Below, piece after piece: positions 1-9,216 of a stretch of DNA of 32,000 nt; the stretch's first letter is position 1; each line of letters opens with the position of its first letter. The position numbers and the translations under genes were made by a program. This stretch comes from Saccharolobus sp. E5-1-F (GTDB taxonomy: Archaea; Thermoproteota; Thermoprotei_A; Sulfolobales; Sulfolobaceae), in assembly GCF_009601705.1 (NCBI RefSeq), contig NZ_CP045687.1, positions 2,469,320-2,501,319 of the forward strand, written 5' to 3'. The notes below the pieces were generated by a model. The model saw only the letters and a program-made list of their open reading frames with translations. It had not been told where the DNA came from and did not search any database.

Positions 1-1759
1 TTATTTGCCCCTCAACCTCTTCCTTGACTAGAGCCCTACCAACATCATCAACTGCGTAATAATCTAATATCTTAACAAAGCCCGTCTCTCTATTTACATC
101 TACTACTGCAACATGCGCACCTGGTGAAAATATATCGTCTGATCTATAGAAGACCTCAACCTCAACTCCATTTAATTCTTTTATTGCCTTATCAATTGGC
201 ATGTTAATTTTGCTTAATAATTGTTTACACGCTTCAATTACTGCAGAACCTCCAATAGTGCCACCTCTAGAACCAAAACTACCAACTCCCTCCTTTACGC
301 CCTCAGTTGTGTTAGTAATGACCTCAATAATATCCTGTGATATTCCTAAAACCTCGGATGCTAATTTAGAGAACGTATCAGAATAGGCTTGTCCGTGGGG
401 ACCAGTTCCTACAAATATCTTAACCTTACCGTTCTCTATCCTAACTCTAGCACCCTCTCCCGGTGATAATCTCACGATGTCGGTAAATATCACTATGGAG
501 ACTCCTTTATCCTTGTAAACTTCCTTAGCCTTTCTATAGTACTTCTCAGCAGTATCCAAAACCTCCCTATAACCAGCAGGGTCAATCTTAACTCCTAACG
601 GTGTTACGTATCCGTTATCCCCAAATAAGTTCTTTCTCCTAATTTCTACAGGGTCCATGCCTAACTCCTCAGCCAAATCATCAACAAGAGTCTCATGAAT
701 TAGTGCAGCCTCCGGTCTACCAGCGCCCCTGTAGGGACCAGTTGGTGGTTGGTTTGTAAAAACTCCTAACGCTCTAATAGAGGCAAACTTCATCTTATAG
801 GGACCAGTTAATAAACTAGCTATGAATCCCGGAGTTGTGGGGTTAATTGTGTAATTATACGCACCTAAATCGACTGCGACGTAACCCTCTATGCCTAAAA
901 TTTCACCTTGCCTAGTTGCATATAGTTTAACATCTGATAATACTCCTCTACCAACAGTTGGGTTTTTCAAGTGTTCATACCTAGTTTCAATCCACTTTAC
1001 TGGCCTATTCAGCTTCATAGATGCAATTGCTGCTAAGACGTATTCGGGATGCGATGGTACCTTATTTCCAAATCCACCTCCCACATTAGGTGCAGAGTAA
1101 ACCCTTATCTTTTCGGGCGAAAAATTCAAAGCTTCTCTAAGGTCATTCCTTATCCTAAAGGCAGATTGAAAAGAACCATAAACGTTTAGATGTTCACCAT
1201 CCCAGTGTACTATAACTCCCTTAGGTTCCATAGGGTTTGAAACTATCCTATTCTGTTTGATTTTCCTACTTACAACAACTTCCGCTTTACTCTTGGCTGA
1301 TAACTCACCGCCTTCGAGTAATAGATCTACTGAAATGTTCTTCTTAACACCAGGATGTATCTCTTCATCATTATCCATAGCCTTTTCCAGATCGACTACT
1401 GGTTTTAATTCTTCGTAATCAATTGTAACCTCCTCAGCAATATCTTCGATCTTATATCTGTCATCAACGACAAACGCTAGAACTGGTTGGCCTACAAAGT
1501 TAACCCTTCCATCTGCTAAAACTGGCATTCTGACAATCTTTGATGACTTAGAAATGTTAGGTGGAACTGGGACTGGCATATAGGTTTTTACATCTTCCCA
1601 CGTTAGGGATAAGAGTGCACTTTCAGGTTTAGATATGCTTCTTATTATCCCCCTCGCAATCTGTGATCTAACTACACCAAGGTAAACTACGTTTTTCGGA
1701 TTTATATCATCAATGTAACTCCCCTTTCCAATTATTTTAGGAAGATCCTCTTTTATCAT
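1..1759 (-). CDS. Molybdopterin-dependent hydroxylase large subunit (xanthine dehydrogenase / aldehyde oxidase / CoxL-CutL family). The C-terminal end runs off the window.
   Basis: It is absent from the ORF track because it has no stop inside the window. Hand translation of the minus strand from ATG at 1759 (MIKEDLPKIIGKGSYIDDINPKNVVYLGVVRS...) stays open down to position 2. It contains the family signatures APNVGGGFGNK (about 1061-1093) and TGPYRGAGRPEA (about 708-743). Confidence 0.85.
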   Translation of the reverse strand, partial: MIKEDLPKIIGKGSYIDDINPKNVVYLGVVRSQIARGIIRSISKPESALLSLTWEDVKTYMPVPVPPNISKSSKIVRMPVLADGRVNFVGQPVLAFVVDDRYKIEDIAEEVTIDYEELKPVVDLEKAMDNDEEIHPGVKKNISVDLLLEGGELSAKSKAEVVVSRKIKQNRIVSNPMEPKGVIVHWDGEHLNVYGSFQSAFRIRNDLREALNFSPEKIRVYSAPNVGGGFGNKVPSHPEYVLAAIASMKLNRPVKWIETRYEHLKNPTVGRGVLSDVKLYATRQGEILGIEGYVAVDLGAYNYTINPTTPGFIASLLTGPYKMKFASIRALGVFTNQPPTGPYRGAGRPEAALIHETLVDDLAEELGMDPVEIRRKNLFGDNGYVTPLGVKIDPAGYREVLDTAEKYYRKAKEVYKDKGVSIVIFTDIVRLSPGEGARVRIENGKVKIFVGTGPHGQAYSDTFSKLASEVLGISQDIIEVITNTTEGVKEGVGSFGSRGGTIGGSAVIEACKQLLSKINMPIDKAIKELNGVEVEVFYRSDDIFSPGAHVAVVDVNRETGFVKILDYYAVDDVGRALVKEEVEGQI

Positions 1760-1796
1760 CGTTATAAATGTTGGTTAGCTACTTAATAGTTTTTCT

Positions 1797-1829
1797 TGAA
1801 ACTTGTACGATGAAACTTGTTTGATGAAG
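1797..1829 (+). promoter_or_regulatory. Tandem 14-nt direct repeat (2.3 copies) abutting the TATA box of the FAH-family gene, in a divergent promoter region
   Basis: TGAAACTTGTACGA (1797-1810), TGAAACTTGTTTGA (1811-1824) and a partial TGAAG (1825-1829) are followed by TATATATTTA (1830-1839). The TATA centre lies about 26 nt before ATG 1861. Confidence 0.45.
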
Positions 1830-1851
1830 TATATATTTAGCTTTATTACGA

Positions 1852-2721
1852 GTGATAAGTATGACGAAGTACGTTTCGTTTTATGTGGGAAACGTTAGAA
1901 AACTTGGGATAGTAGAGGGAGATAATATATACGAGATACACGATTTCGGAAAGGAAGAACCTAAGGGAAAGACCTATAAGCTAAGTGAAATAGTTTTCGA
2001 TATTCCCGTACTACCTTCAGCAATAATATGTACTTTAGTTAATACTCCAAGAATGATTGGAGTTAGTAACAAGGAGGAGGCAAGGGAAATGGTTAAAAGT
2101 CCTAAATTCTTTTTAAAACTTCCGACTGTTGCTATAGCTCATAAACAACCAATATTATCACTTGAGGATGCGATACGTCCAGAGGTCGAAATAGGGATAG
2201 TAATTAAATCAAAGATGAAGGAGGTACCAAAGAGCAAGGTGAAGGATTACATTCTGGGTTATACAGTATTCAACGATATAACCTATCCTCCAGGTATGAA
2301 GGAGGATTCGTATTATGCAATGAGACGAGATCCAGCTGATGGTAAAATAAAGAAAATGTTATTTAGGGGTACACACTTCAGAAATAAGGTTAGGGATACT
2401 TTTGCACCAATGGGACCGTATCTTGTCACAGATGAAGAGATTGGCGATATTAACTCATTGAAGATGAGGAGTTATTATAATGGTGAATTGGTTCAAGATG
2501 GGAATTCTAATGAGTTCATATTCTCTATAGAGGAAATTTTGGAGGAGTTATCAAAAATAGTTACAATTCCACCACTTAGTGTTGTTTCTACTGGAAGTGT
2601 TGGCTATATTAACGCTCAAGACGCTTCCGAATTTCACTTAAAGCCAATTGAAAATGCCATAATGGTTGCTGAAATAGAGAAGATAGGTAGATTGGAGAAT
2701 CCGACAAAAATTATAAAATGA
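1852..2721 (+). CDS. Fumarylacetoacetate hydrolase (FAH) family protein (2-keto-4-pentenoate hydratase / oxaloacetate decarboxylase-like)
   Basis: 289-aa ORF. The central region [11 protein letters not shown]...[23 protein letters not shown] is typical of the FAH fold. The track start is GTG 1852. ATG 1861 fits a leaderless mRNA from the TATA at 1830-1839 better. Confidence 0.8.
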   Translation: MISMTKYVSFYVGNVRKLGIVEGDNIYEIHDFGKEEPKGKTYKLSEIVFDIPVLPSAIICTLVNTPRMIGVSNKEEAREMVKSPKFFLKLPTVAIAHKQPILSLEDAIRPEVEIGIVIKSKMKEVPKSKVKDYILGYTVFNDITYPPGMKEDSYYAMRRDPADGKIKKMLFRGTHFRNKVRDTFAPMGPYLVTDEEIGDINSLKMRSYYNGELVQDGNSNEFIFSIEEILEELSKIVTIPPLSVVSTGSVGYINAQDASEFHLKPIENAIMVAEIEKIGRLENPTKIIK

Positions 2722-3772
2722 GTTGTTCCTCTCTCTAATGCCATATCAGCAGATTCCAAGTAATCTCCTCAAAAATAAATCTGTAATATTGATAAGTGTT
2801 TCTTCCTTTTTAATTGGATAATCTCTACAGTAGGTATATTAACACTTAATCAATAACAGAATTTGCTAAAGTCTTAAATTCTCTCTTCACGTGAGCAAAG
2901 AGAGAATAGGGGAACATTGCTATTTAGAAGGTTATTACGCGAAATAAGAACTTAGCCAAACTTATGACCTAAAAGAAGACCTAATATGTTGCTATATGAA
3001 GTCTCTATGAGAATCCTTACATTGCCATATAGTTCTAATACTTATTTCTTGGATAGATCAAGATTAGTAGCCATAACTAATACTTGATACTTTCCTTTTC
3101 CCTCTCTTCTCCCTACAATGAATGATTAATCTGAACTTGACTTTCTGGTCCTTCTCGCGTAACTCACTATTCGTTTCGTACTTCCCGTTCAATTGATTTT
3201 CACATTACAACTAATACTGATTGATATTACTTCAATTGTGAAATAAAGATTATTATGTAGATAAAGTAGAATCTTAAATCTAGTATAATTATACTTACCT
3301 TCAGCACATTCCGTTACTTGTTACAATCTCCACAATCTCTTTCCATGTCATTACTGTTTCCTTTTGTATAAATTCTTATGCGAGTAGTTTGTTGTTACCG
3401 TTATGCGTCTTTCCAAAGAGTATGCTGCTTTTCTTTTATTCCTTGAGAGGTTAATATGAAAAGTAATCATATCTTGTTTGTTGAATGTCGTTTTTGTGAG
3501 CAAAATGAGTATTCCGCTTCTGCTGCAACATTTAGGACTTTGGTTTTGTCATCTTAAATTTTTTCTCGTATACTCAATAGTAGTAATATTATTAATTTTA
3601 TTACTCTTACAACTTTAATATTCGGAAAATAATTAGTACAAAATTGTCAAGTTGTATCGATATAGTCTATTAATCCACATTTCTATTATTATCTTATATA
3701 ATTATATAATATCTTAAGTAGTCTTATTTATAAACTTACTAACTATATTTCACTACAAAATTATAGGTCAAA

Positions 3773-4480
3773 TTAAACTTTTTTTATCAGTATTTTAAGT
3801 TTATCATTTTTACTGTATACGACGAATTCGTTATTGACAAAATTGGAATCTGGAATGATCTCTACAATATTAGCATCTCTTTTTATGGTAAATGGAATAT
3901 CGTGACCAGGTACTACCTTATTGGCAAGTTGTAACACTTTTCTAATACTTCTATTAGCTTGGGTAATATCATAATACGCAAAAGATGTTTCGCCACTCTG
4001 CGCGTCAACGATGTATTTAATAGCGTCTCCAACGAAAATGGTATCGTTATATATTACACCTAAACTTCCAGCAGTATGGCCTGGCAATAAGATAAACTTC
4101 AAGCCATATACTTCCTCATTATCTTTGACTAAAATCATTCTATCCTTTAACAGATCTGGTAGATAAGTAACTGAATAATTATCCGGATTTGTTCTTGTAT
4201 ATTCAACTTCTTCCCTGGTAGTATAAACTTTGGCATTTGGAAATACTAGTGAGTTGAGCGAATGATCATAATGCATATGGGATAAAATAATCCCATCAAT
4301 ATCAGATGGTGACAATCCGTTATCTTTTAATGCTTTTAATAACACTTCCTTATTTCCGAAGTGTCCCGGATCATAAATCAAATATTTATCATCAGCGTTA
4401 ATTAATATAACATTACAAAAACCTACGAAACCTAAACTAGTAAAAACCGGTACTCCATTAACTAAGATCTTCCAACTCAT
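3773..4480 (-). CDS. Metallo-beta-lactamase-fold hydrolase
   Basis: 235-aa ORF with an HxHxDH motif (SHMHYDHS) and downstream His/Asp ligand positions (LPGHTAG, GDA, PGHD). Confidence 0.8.
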   Translation of the reverse strand: MSWKILVNGVPVFTSLGFVGFCNVILINADDKYLIYDPGHFGNKEVLLKALKDNGLSPSDIDGIILSHMHYDHSLNSLVFPNAKVYTTREEVEYTRTNPDNYSVTYLPDLLKDRMILVKDNEEVYGLKFILLPGHTAGSLGVIYNDTIFVGDAIKYIVDAQSGETSFAYYDITQANRSIRKVLQLANKVVPGHDIPFTIKRDANIVEIIPDSNFVNNEFVVYSKNDKLKILIKKV

Positions 4481-4540
4481 AACGAAAATTAGTTATCTCA
4501 TAGTAAAAAGTTTATATTGATCTAATCAGATAAGCCCAAC

Positions 4541-5269
4541 ATGGAGTGGATAAAAGTAGGAGTGATAATTCCTTCTTCTAATACTACTGTAGAATATGAA
4601 TTTAATAGTGTACTTAATCAGATTAGGGAATATAGAATTACCCCTCACTTTTCAAGAATAATGCTGAGAAACGTTACTATAGAGGATTTAGCAGAAATGG
4701 AGAAGGAGACAGAAAGGGCTGCTATTGAATTGTCAACGATCTCGCCTCACATTATTTCTTATGCTTGTACCACTGGTAGTCTATTTAAAGGACCAACACA
4801 TCATGAGGAAATAATCCGAAGAATAGAGAAGACTGCGAAAGTTCCAGCTACTGCTACGTCTGGGTCTGTAATAAATGCGCTGAGGAAATTAGGTGTAAAA
4901 AGACTAGTTCTACTCACACCTTATATAGAAGAGGTTAACAAAAAAGAAATAGAGTTCTTATTTAAGAACGATTTTGAAGTAGTTAGAAACGCAGGAATGG
5001 GTATCCGTGAGAATATTAGAATAGGCCAAGTGACACCTGAGGAAGTATATAATTTTGCAATAAACGTTCTTAAAGACATTAAGGAGGATTATGAAGGTAT
5101 TTTTATTTCTTGCACGAATCTTAGAACATTCGAGATTCTCGATAGAATAGAAAGGAAATTAGGAAAACCAGTAATCAGCAGTAACAGTGCTACATTATGG
5201 GAAGTACTATATAAACTGAACATTAACATTAAAATAAAAGGGTTAGGGCAATTATTCGAATTAAATTAA
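4541..5269 (+). CDS. Maleate cis-trans isomerase / arylmalonate decarboxylase / Asp-Glu-hydantoin racemase superfamily protein (two-cysteine type)
   Basis: 242-aa ORF. N-terminal VGVIIPSSNTTVEYEF. Two candidate catalytic cysteines in YACTTGS (Cys76) and ISCTNLR (Cys191). This spacing matches the Cys pair I recall for maleate isomerases. Confidence 0.7.
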   Translation: MEWIKVGVIIPSSNTTVEYEFNSVLNQIREYRITPHFSRIMLRNVTIEDLAEMEKETERAAIELSTISPHIISYACTTGSLFKGPTHHEEIIRRIEKTAKVPATATSGSVINALRKLGVKRLVLLTPYIEEVNKKEIEFLFKNDFEVVRNAGMGIRENIRIGQVTPEEVYNFAINVLKDIKEDYEGIFISCTNLRTFEILDRIERKLGKPVISSNSATLWEVLYKLNINIKIKGLGQLFELN

Positions 5270-5413
5270 AAACCTTAAAAAAAAGTAAAAGGAGTTACAA
5301 TTACGATAAGGATGAAAGGAAGCCATTAAAAGAGATAAGAGATTAAAGATTATTGATATATCTAAATAAATAAAACATAAATATATGAGGCTCAAATTGT
5401 ATATAGTGGGAGA

Positions 5414-6730
5414 ATGGTTTCCGAGAAAACTAAGGCTATAGTTGCATCAAGCTTTGGAATGGCACTAGAATGGTATGATTTTTTCATCTACACTTTTGTA
5501 GCTACTGTTGTTTCGAAACTATTCTTTCCATCATCTAATCCAATAACTTCACTATTAGCTTTTTACTTAACGTTCTTCATAGGATTTTTAGGTAGACCAC
5601 TAGGTGGTTTAGTTTTCGGATATATAGGAGACAAACTAGGAAGAAAGTCTTCACTAGTCTTTACTATTTTGCTTACTGGACTTAGCGTATTTTTTGTTGG
5701 ACTCTTACCAACATATTATCAAATAGGTATATTAGCGCCGATCCTACTCGCTATACTAAGGTTTTTAACGGGTGTGGCGTTAGGCGGTGAATGGGGTGGT
5801 GCATTTTCGTTAACATCGGAATACGTAAATCCAAACAGAAGAGGGTTATATTCAGGTATTCTTCAAGCAACGGTATCTATTGCCAATTTGCTAGCAACTG
5901 GTATAATCTTTGTTATAATCGCAATAATGGGACAAACTGGGTTTGATAACTTCGGATGGAGAATATTATTCTACACTGGGCTATTTATTGCAATAATAGG
6001 ATTAATAATAAGACTTAGAATTGAAGATTCACCGGTATTTAGAAAATTAAGAGAGGAGCGAAAAGTAGTAAGAAATCCAATCACTGAAGCATTTAGAAAT
6101 TATTGGAAATTAATAGTTGCAAATCTATTTATAGTTGGGGTTATTAATGGAGCTTGGTATTATACAAATTTCGCATATTCCATAAGCTATGCTACAACTA
6201 TAGCCCAACGTTTTAATATGCCTCATCTTTCCCTTCAAGTAATAAATTTCGCTATACTCATTGTATCAGTAGTAGGCATATTTGCCTCGATATTTTTTGG
6301 ATATTTATCCGACCTTATTGGAAGAAGGACGCAAATCATAATAAATGCCATAATAGGTATAGTACTAGCTTATCCATACTACTATTTATTACTTCAAGGT
6401 AATGAATTAGCGGCAATCAGTGCAATAATTCTTGGTGGATTATTAATATACTATTTTTCGGGTGCAATAACGCCAGCGTTTCTTGTTGAATCATACCCGC
6501 CAACTGTCAGATATACTGCAATATCATTTACATATCAAATAGGTGTTGGATTCATAGGGGGTCTTACACCGTTTATCTTGACTTATTTAGTTGGCGTGAC
6601 TAACAACATATTCTCTCCAGTTTACTTTACAATCGCAACTGGTTTAATCGTTCTAATACTCGCACTGTCTCTTAAGGAAACTAAAGGAAAAATTTATGAA
6701 GGAGAAGAGATACTAAAACAAGAATATTAG
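5414..6730 (+). CDS. MFS transporter, metabolite:H+ symporter (MHS) type
   Basis: 438-aa ORF with about 12 hydrophobic segments. The loop 2-3 motif GRPLGGLVFGYIGDKLGRK and the second-half motif GYLSDLIGRR are present. Confidence 0.85.
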   Translation: MVSEKTKAIVASSFGMALEWYDFFIYTFVATVVSKLFFPSSNPITSLLAFYLTFFIGFLGRPLGGLVFGYIGDKLGRKSSLVFTILLTGLSVFFVGLLPTYYQIGILAPILLAILRFLTGVALGGEWGGAFSLTSEYVNPNRRGLYSGILQATVSIANLLATGIIFVIIAIMGQTGFDNFGWRILFYTGLFIAIIGLIIRLRIEDSPVFRKLREERKVVRNPITEAFRNYWKLIVANLFIVGVINGAWYYTNFAYSISYATTIAQRFNMPHLSLQVINFAILIVSVVGIFASIFFGYLSDLIGRRTQIIINAIIGIVLAYPYYYLLLQGNELAAISAIILGGLLIYYFSGAITPAFLVESYPPTVRYTAISFTYQIGVGFIGGLTPFILTYLVGVTNNIFSPVYFTIATGLIVLILALSLKETKGKIYEGEEILKQEY

Positions 6731-6748
6731 CTCAAAAATAAATATATC

Positions 6749-6755
6749 TTTTTTT
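6749..6755 (+). terminator. Oligo-T tract downstream of the MFS gene (archaeal-type terminator candidate)
   Basis: A T7 run lies 19 nt after the TAG stop at 6728-6730. Confidence 0.4.
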
Positions 6756-6872
6756 ATCTTATTACCAATATCATAGAACTAATTATTTATACATACTTGA
6801 TACTAAATAATGAAGTACATTATACAGTGCCTCTTTTTTGGATAAATCTTAAAAGTTAAGCTAGCTAGTATC

Positions 6873-6931
6873 ACTTGGTGAAGAGAACTCCCCAGCCTGA
6901 ACGGTGAGGAGTCCTTTAAGCGCTGAGTTTT
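6873..6931 (+). ncRNA. Candidate C/D-box sRNA (dual guide)
   Basis: The layout is GTGAAGA (6878-6884), 12 nt, CTGA (6897-6900), ACG, GTGAGGA (6904-6910), 12 nt, CTGA (6923-6926), then T5 (6928-6932). A TATA-like TTAAAAGT lies at 6849-6856. The guides are complementary, from memory, to the conserved 16S CCTGGGGAGTAC and AACTTAAAGGAA segments. The transcript ends given here are approximate. Confidence 0.55.
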
Positions 6932-6958
6932 TAAGCGGAAATATATCTTTATTATGTA

Positions 6959-7270
6959 ATGTTAAAGGTAATCGAAATCAATGGGTATCCGATAATGATT
7001 TATGAAAAAGACGGTGAAGAGCACAAATACCTAGCGGGTTGTCCTCATAAGCAAAGGCCAATAACTGCTGAAGGATATAAAATTGATGGGGATTACATAG
7101 TTTGTCCATTTCATAATGCAGTATTCTCACTTATCACGGGTGAATTAATGAAACCACCAAATTCCAAAACACCTTGTCCGACCGATTGTAGATTAATAAG
7201 GGTCAAGATAATAAATGGGGAAGTAACTTTTGAGGATAAACCATTTATACCTAAAATGAAGGGTAAATAA
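6959..7270 (+). CDS. Small Rieske-type [2Fe-2S] domain protein
   Basis: 103-aa ORF with CPH (AGCPHKQ) and CPFH (VCPFHNAVF) separated by about 18 residues, which is the CxH...CxxH Rieske ligand pattern. It ends 2 nt before hyuA. Confidence 0.8.
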   Translation: MLKVIEINGYPIMIYEKDGEEHKYLAGCPHKQRPITAEGYKIDGDYIVCPFHNAVFSLITGELMKPPNSKTPCPTDCRLIRVKIINGEVTFEDKPFIPKMKGK

Positions 7271-7272
7271 GT

Positions 7273-9216
7273 ATGGAATGTAAGGTTGCAATAGATATTG
7301 GTGGAACTTTCACTGACTTCATTATCTTATCTAATGACGGAGACATTAAGACAGTAAAAGTCCTAACTAACCCTAAGGATCCTGGGCAAGTAATTAAGGA
7401 TATACTAAGCACTCTGAATTGCAATGTAAATGAGATAGCTCACGCTACTACTCTTGCAACGAACACGCTACTAGGACAAGAAAACTTGACAATACCAAAA
7501 ACTGCCTTATTGATTACAAAAGGATTTAGAGATATTATTGAAATAGGTAGACAGAATAGACCCAGACTTTACGATCTGTATTTTGAAAAACCAAGACAGC
7601 TAGTCCCAAGGGATTTAAGATTTGAAATTAATGAGAGAGTTGATGCTGAAGGTAATATAATGAAGGAAGTAGATCAAGATGAAATAGAAAGAGTTGTTAA
7701 GAAACTTTTAAATGAAAATGTACTATCTATTGCAGTAAGTTTTCTGCACTCCTATCTGAATCCAAAAAATGAGCTGATTACTGAAAACGTATTAAAGAAG
7801 TACTTCAAATACATCTCAGTATCGGCTAAGATAGCACCAGAACCAAGGGAATATGAGAGATCTTCCACCGCTGTAGTTAACGCAGTACTAATGCCATTAG
7901 TATCTGCATATCTTGAAAAATTACAAGTCTCTTTGCCAACTGAAAACTTTTACATTATGTCTAGTTCAGGGGGATTAATTGATATTAAAGAAGCTTCTGA
8001 AAAGCCAGTACAACTGATCGAATCTGGACCAGCAGCTGGTGTAATAGCTTCAGCTAGTTTCTTACCTAATGAGAGTTTAATAACCTTTGACATGGGTGGT
8101 ACTACTGCTAAAGCTGGTGTCGTAATTAATGGAAATTTCGAAATGAGTACTGAATACGAAGTTGGAGGAGAAGTACATCACGGAAGGTTGGTTAAGGGTA
8201 GTGGATATCCGATAAGATTCCCATTTGTAGATTTAGCGGAAGTATCTGCAGGCGGAGGTACAATAATATGGAGAGATGAGGCTAATGCCTTAAAGGTTGG
8301 ACCCATAAGTGCTGGCGCTGATCCCGGACCAATTTCTTACGGCAAAGGAGGAAACAGACCCACCATAGCTGATGCAAATTTGATTTTAGGAAGATTAGGA
8401 ACTGAACTAATTGGTGGCAATCTAAAATTAGACAAAGAGAGTGCAATAAGAGGAATGAGTAAGCTCGGTGATCCATATGAGGTAAGTAGGAACGCTTTAG
8501 AATTGATTAACCTAGAGATGGCTAGAGCAATAAGGCTAGTTACAGTGGAGAGGGGATTAGATCCATCAAACTTCTCCTTAATAGCCTTTGGAGGTGCTGG
8601 TCCACAACATGCACTATACTTAGCTGAGGAGATTGGGATAGAAAAGGTTATAATATCGCCTCATCCAGGATTATTCAGTGCATTGGGACTATTACTGGCT
8701 GATTGGCGTTTTGAAGTTAGGAAATCATATCCTAAAGATCTTGAGAGTGAATTTAAGCAATTGGAAAAGGAGCTATACGAGAAGTTAAAGGGAAACGTCG
8801 ATTACTTCTTGAGATTTGCAGATGTGAGGTATGAGGGACAAGGATGGGAATTAACAATTCCAGTAAATAACGTTTATGAAGTTAGGAAAGTGTTTGAAGA
8901 GAAACATCTAGCTACTTACGGTTTCGTGATGAAGGATAGGGAGATAGAGGTTGTTACAATAAGAGTTTTCGCTATCAAGAAGAGACCATTACCTAGAATA
9001 AAGGTAACTTTTGGAAATTGGGATAAGCCAAAGGAGGTTAGAAAAGTAATGATTAATGACGATTGGGTAAATGTCAACGTTTATGTCAGGGAAAAGTTGC
9101 CTAAAGGCTTTAGAATAAGGGGACCAGCAATAATTGAGGAATACAGTTCTACTATAGTTATAAAGGATGGTTGGAATGCAACTATAGATGACTCAATAGT
9201 ATTGGTGAGAGAATGA
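7273..9216 (+). CDS. hyuA: Hydantoinase/oxoprolinase family A subunit (N-methylhydantoinase A / acetone-carboxylase beta-like)
   Basis: 647-aa ORF. The N-terminal ASKHA-type [12 protein letters not shown], the second phosphate motif FDMGGTTAK and [10 protein letters not shown] are characteristic of HyuA. Confidence 0.9.
   Translation: MECKVAIDIGGTFTDFIILSNDGDIKTVKVLTNPKDPGQVIKDILSTLNCNVNEIAHATTLATNTLLGQENLTIPKTALLITKGFRDIIEIGRQNRPRLYDLYFEKPRQLVPRDLRFEINERVDAEGNIMKEVDQDEIERVVKKLLNENVLSIAVSFLHSYLNPKNELITENVLKKYFKYISVSAKIAPEPREYERSSTAVVNAVLMPLVSAYLEKLQVSLPTENFYIMSSSGGLIDIKEASEKPVQLIESGPAAGVIASASFLPNESLITFDMGGTTAKAGVVINGNFEMSTEYEVGGEVHHGRLVKGSGYPIRFPFVDLAEVSAGGGTIIWRDEANALKVGPISAGADPGPISYGKGGNRPTIADANLILGRLGTELIGGNLKLDKESAIRGMSKLGDPYEVSRNALELINLEMARAIRLVTVERGLDPSNFSLIAFGGAGPQHALYLAEEIGIEKVIISPHPGLFSALGLLLADWRFEVRKSYPKDLESEFKQLEKELYEKLKGNVDYFLRFADVRYEGQGWELTIPVNNVYEVRKVFEEKHLATYGFVMKDREIEVVTIRVFAIKKRPLPRIKVTFGNWDKPKEVRKVMINDDWVNVNVYVREKLPKGFRIRGPAIIEEYSSTIVIKDGWNATIDDSIVLVRE

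Noticed and set aside
201-1100. Track ORFs 201-386(+) and 891-1100(+)
   Set aside because: Both lie antisense inside the long minus-strand Mo-hydroxylase reading frame, which has clear family motifs. Their translations are low-complexity with no motifs.
2722-3772. IS element or MITE in the ORF-free gap
   Set aside because: I could find no terminal inverted repeats flanking a unit, no target-site duplication and no transposase-like frame. The only strong inverted repeat (2878-2907) is a local hairpin.
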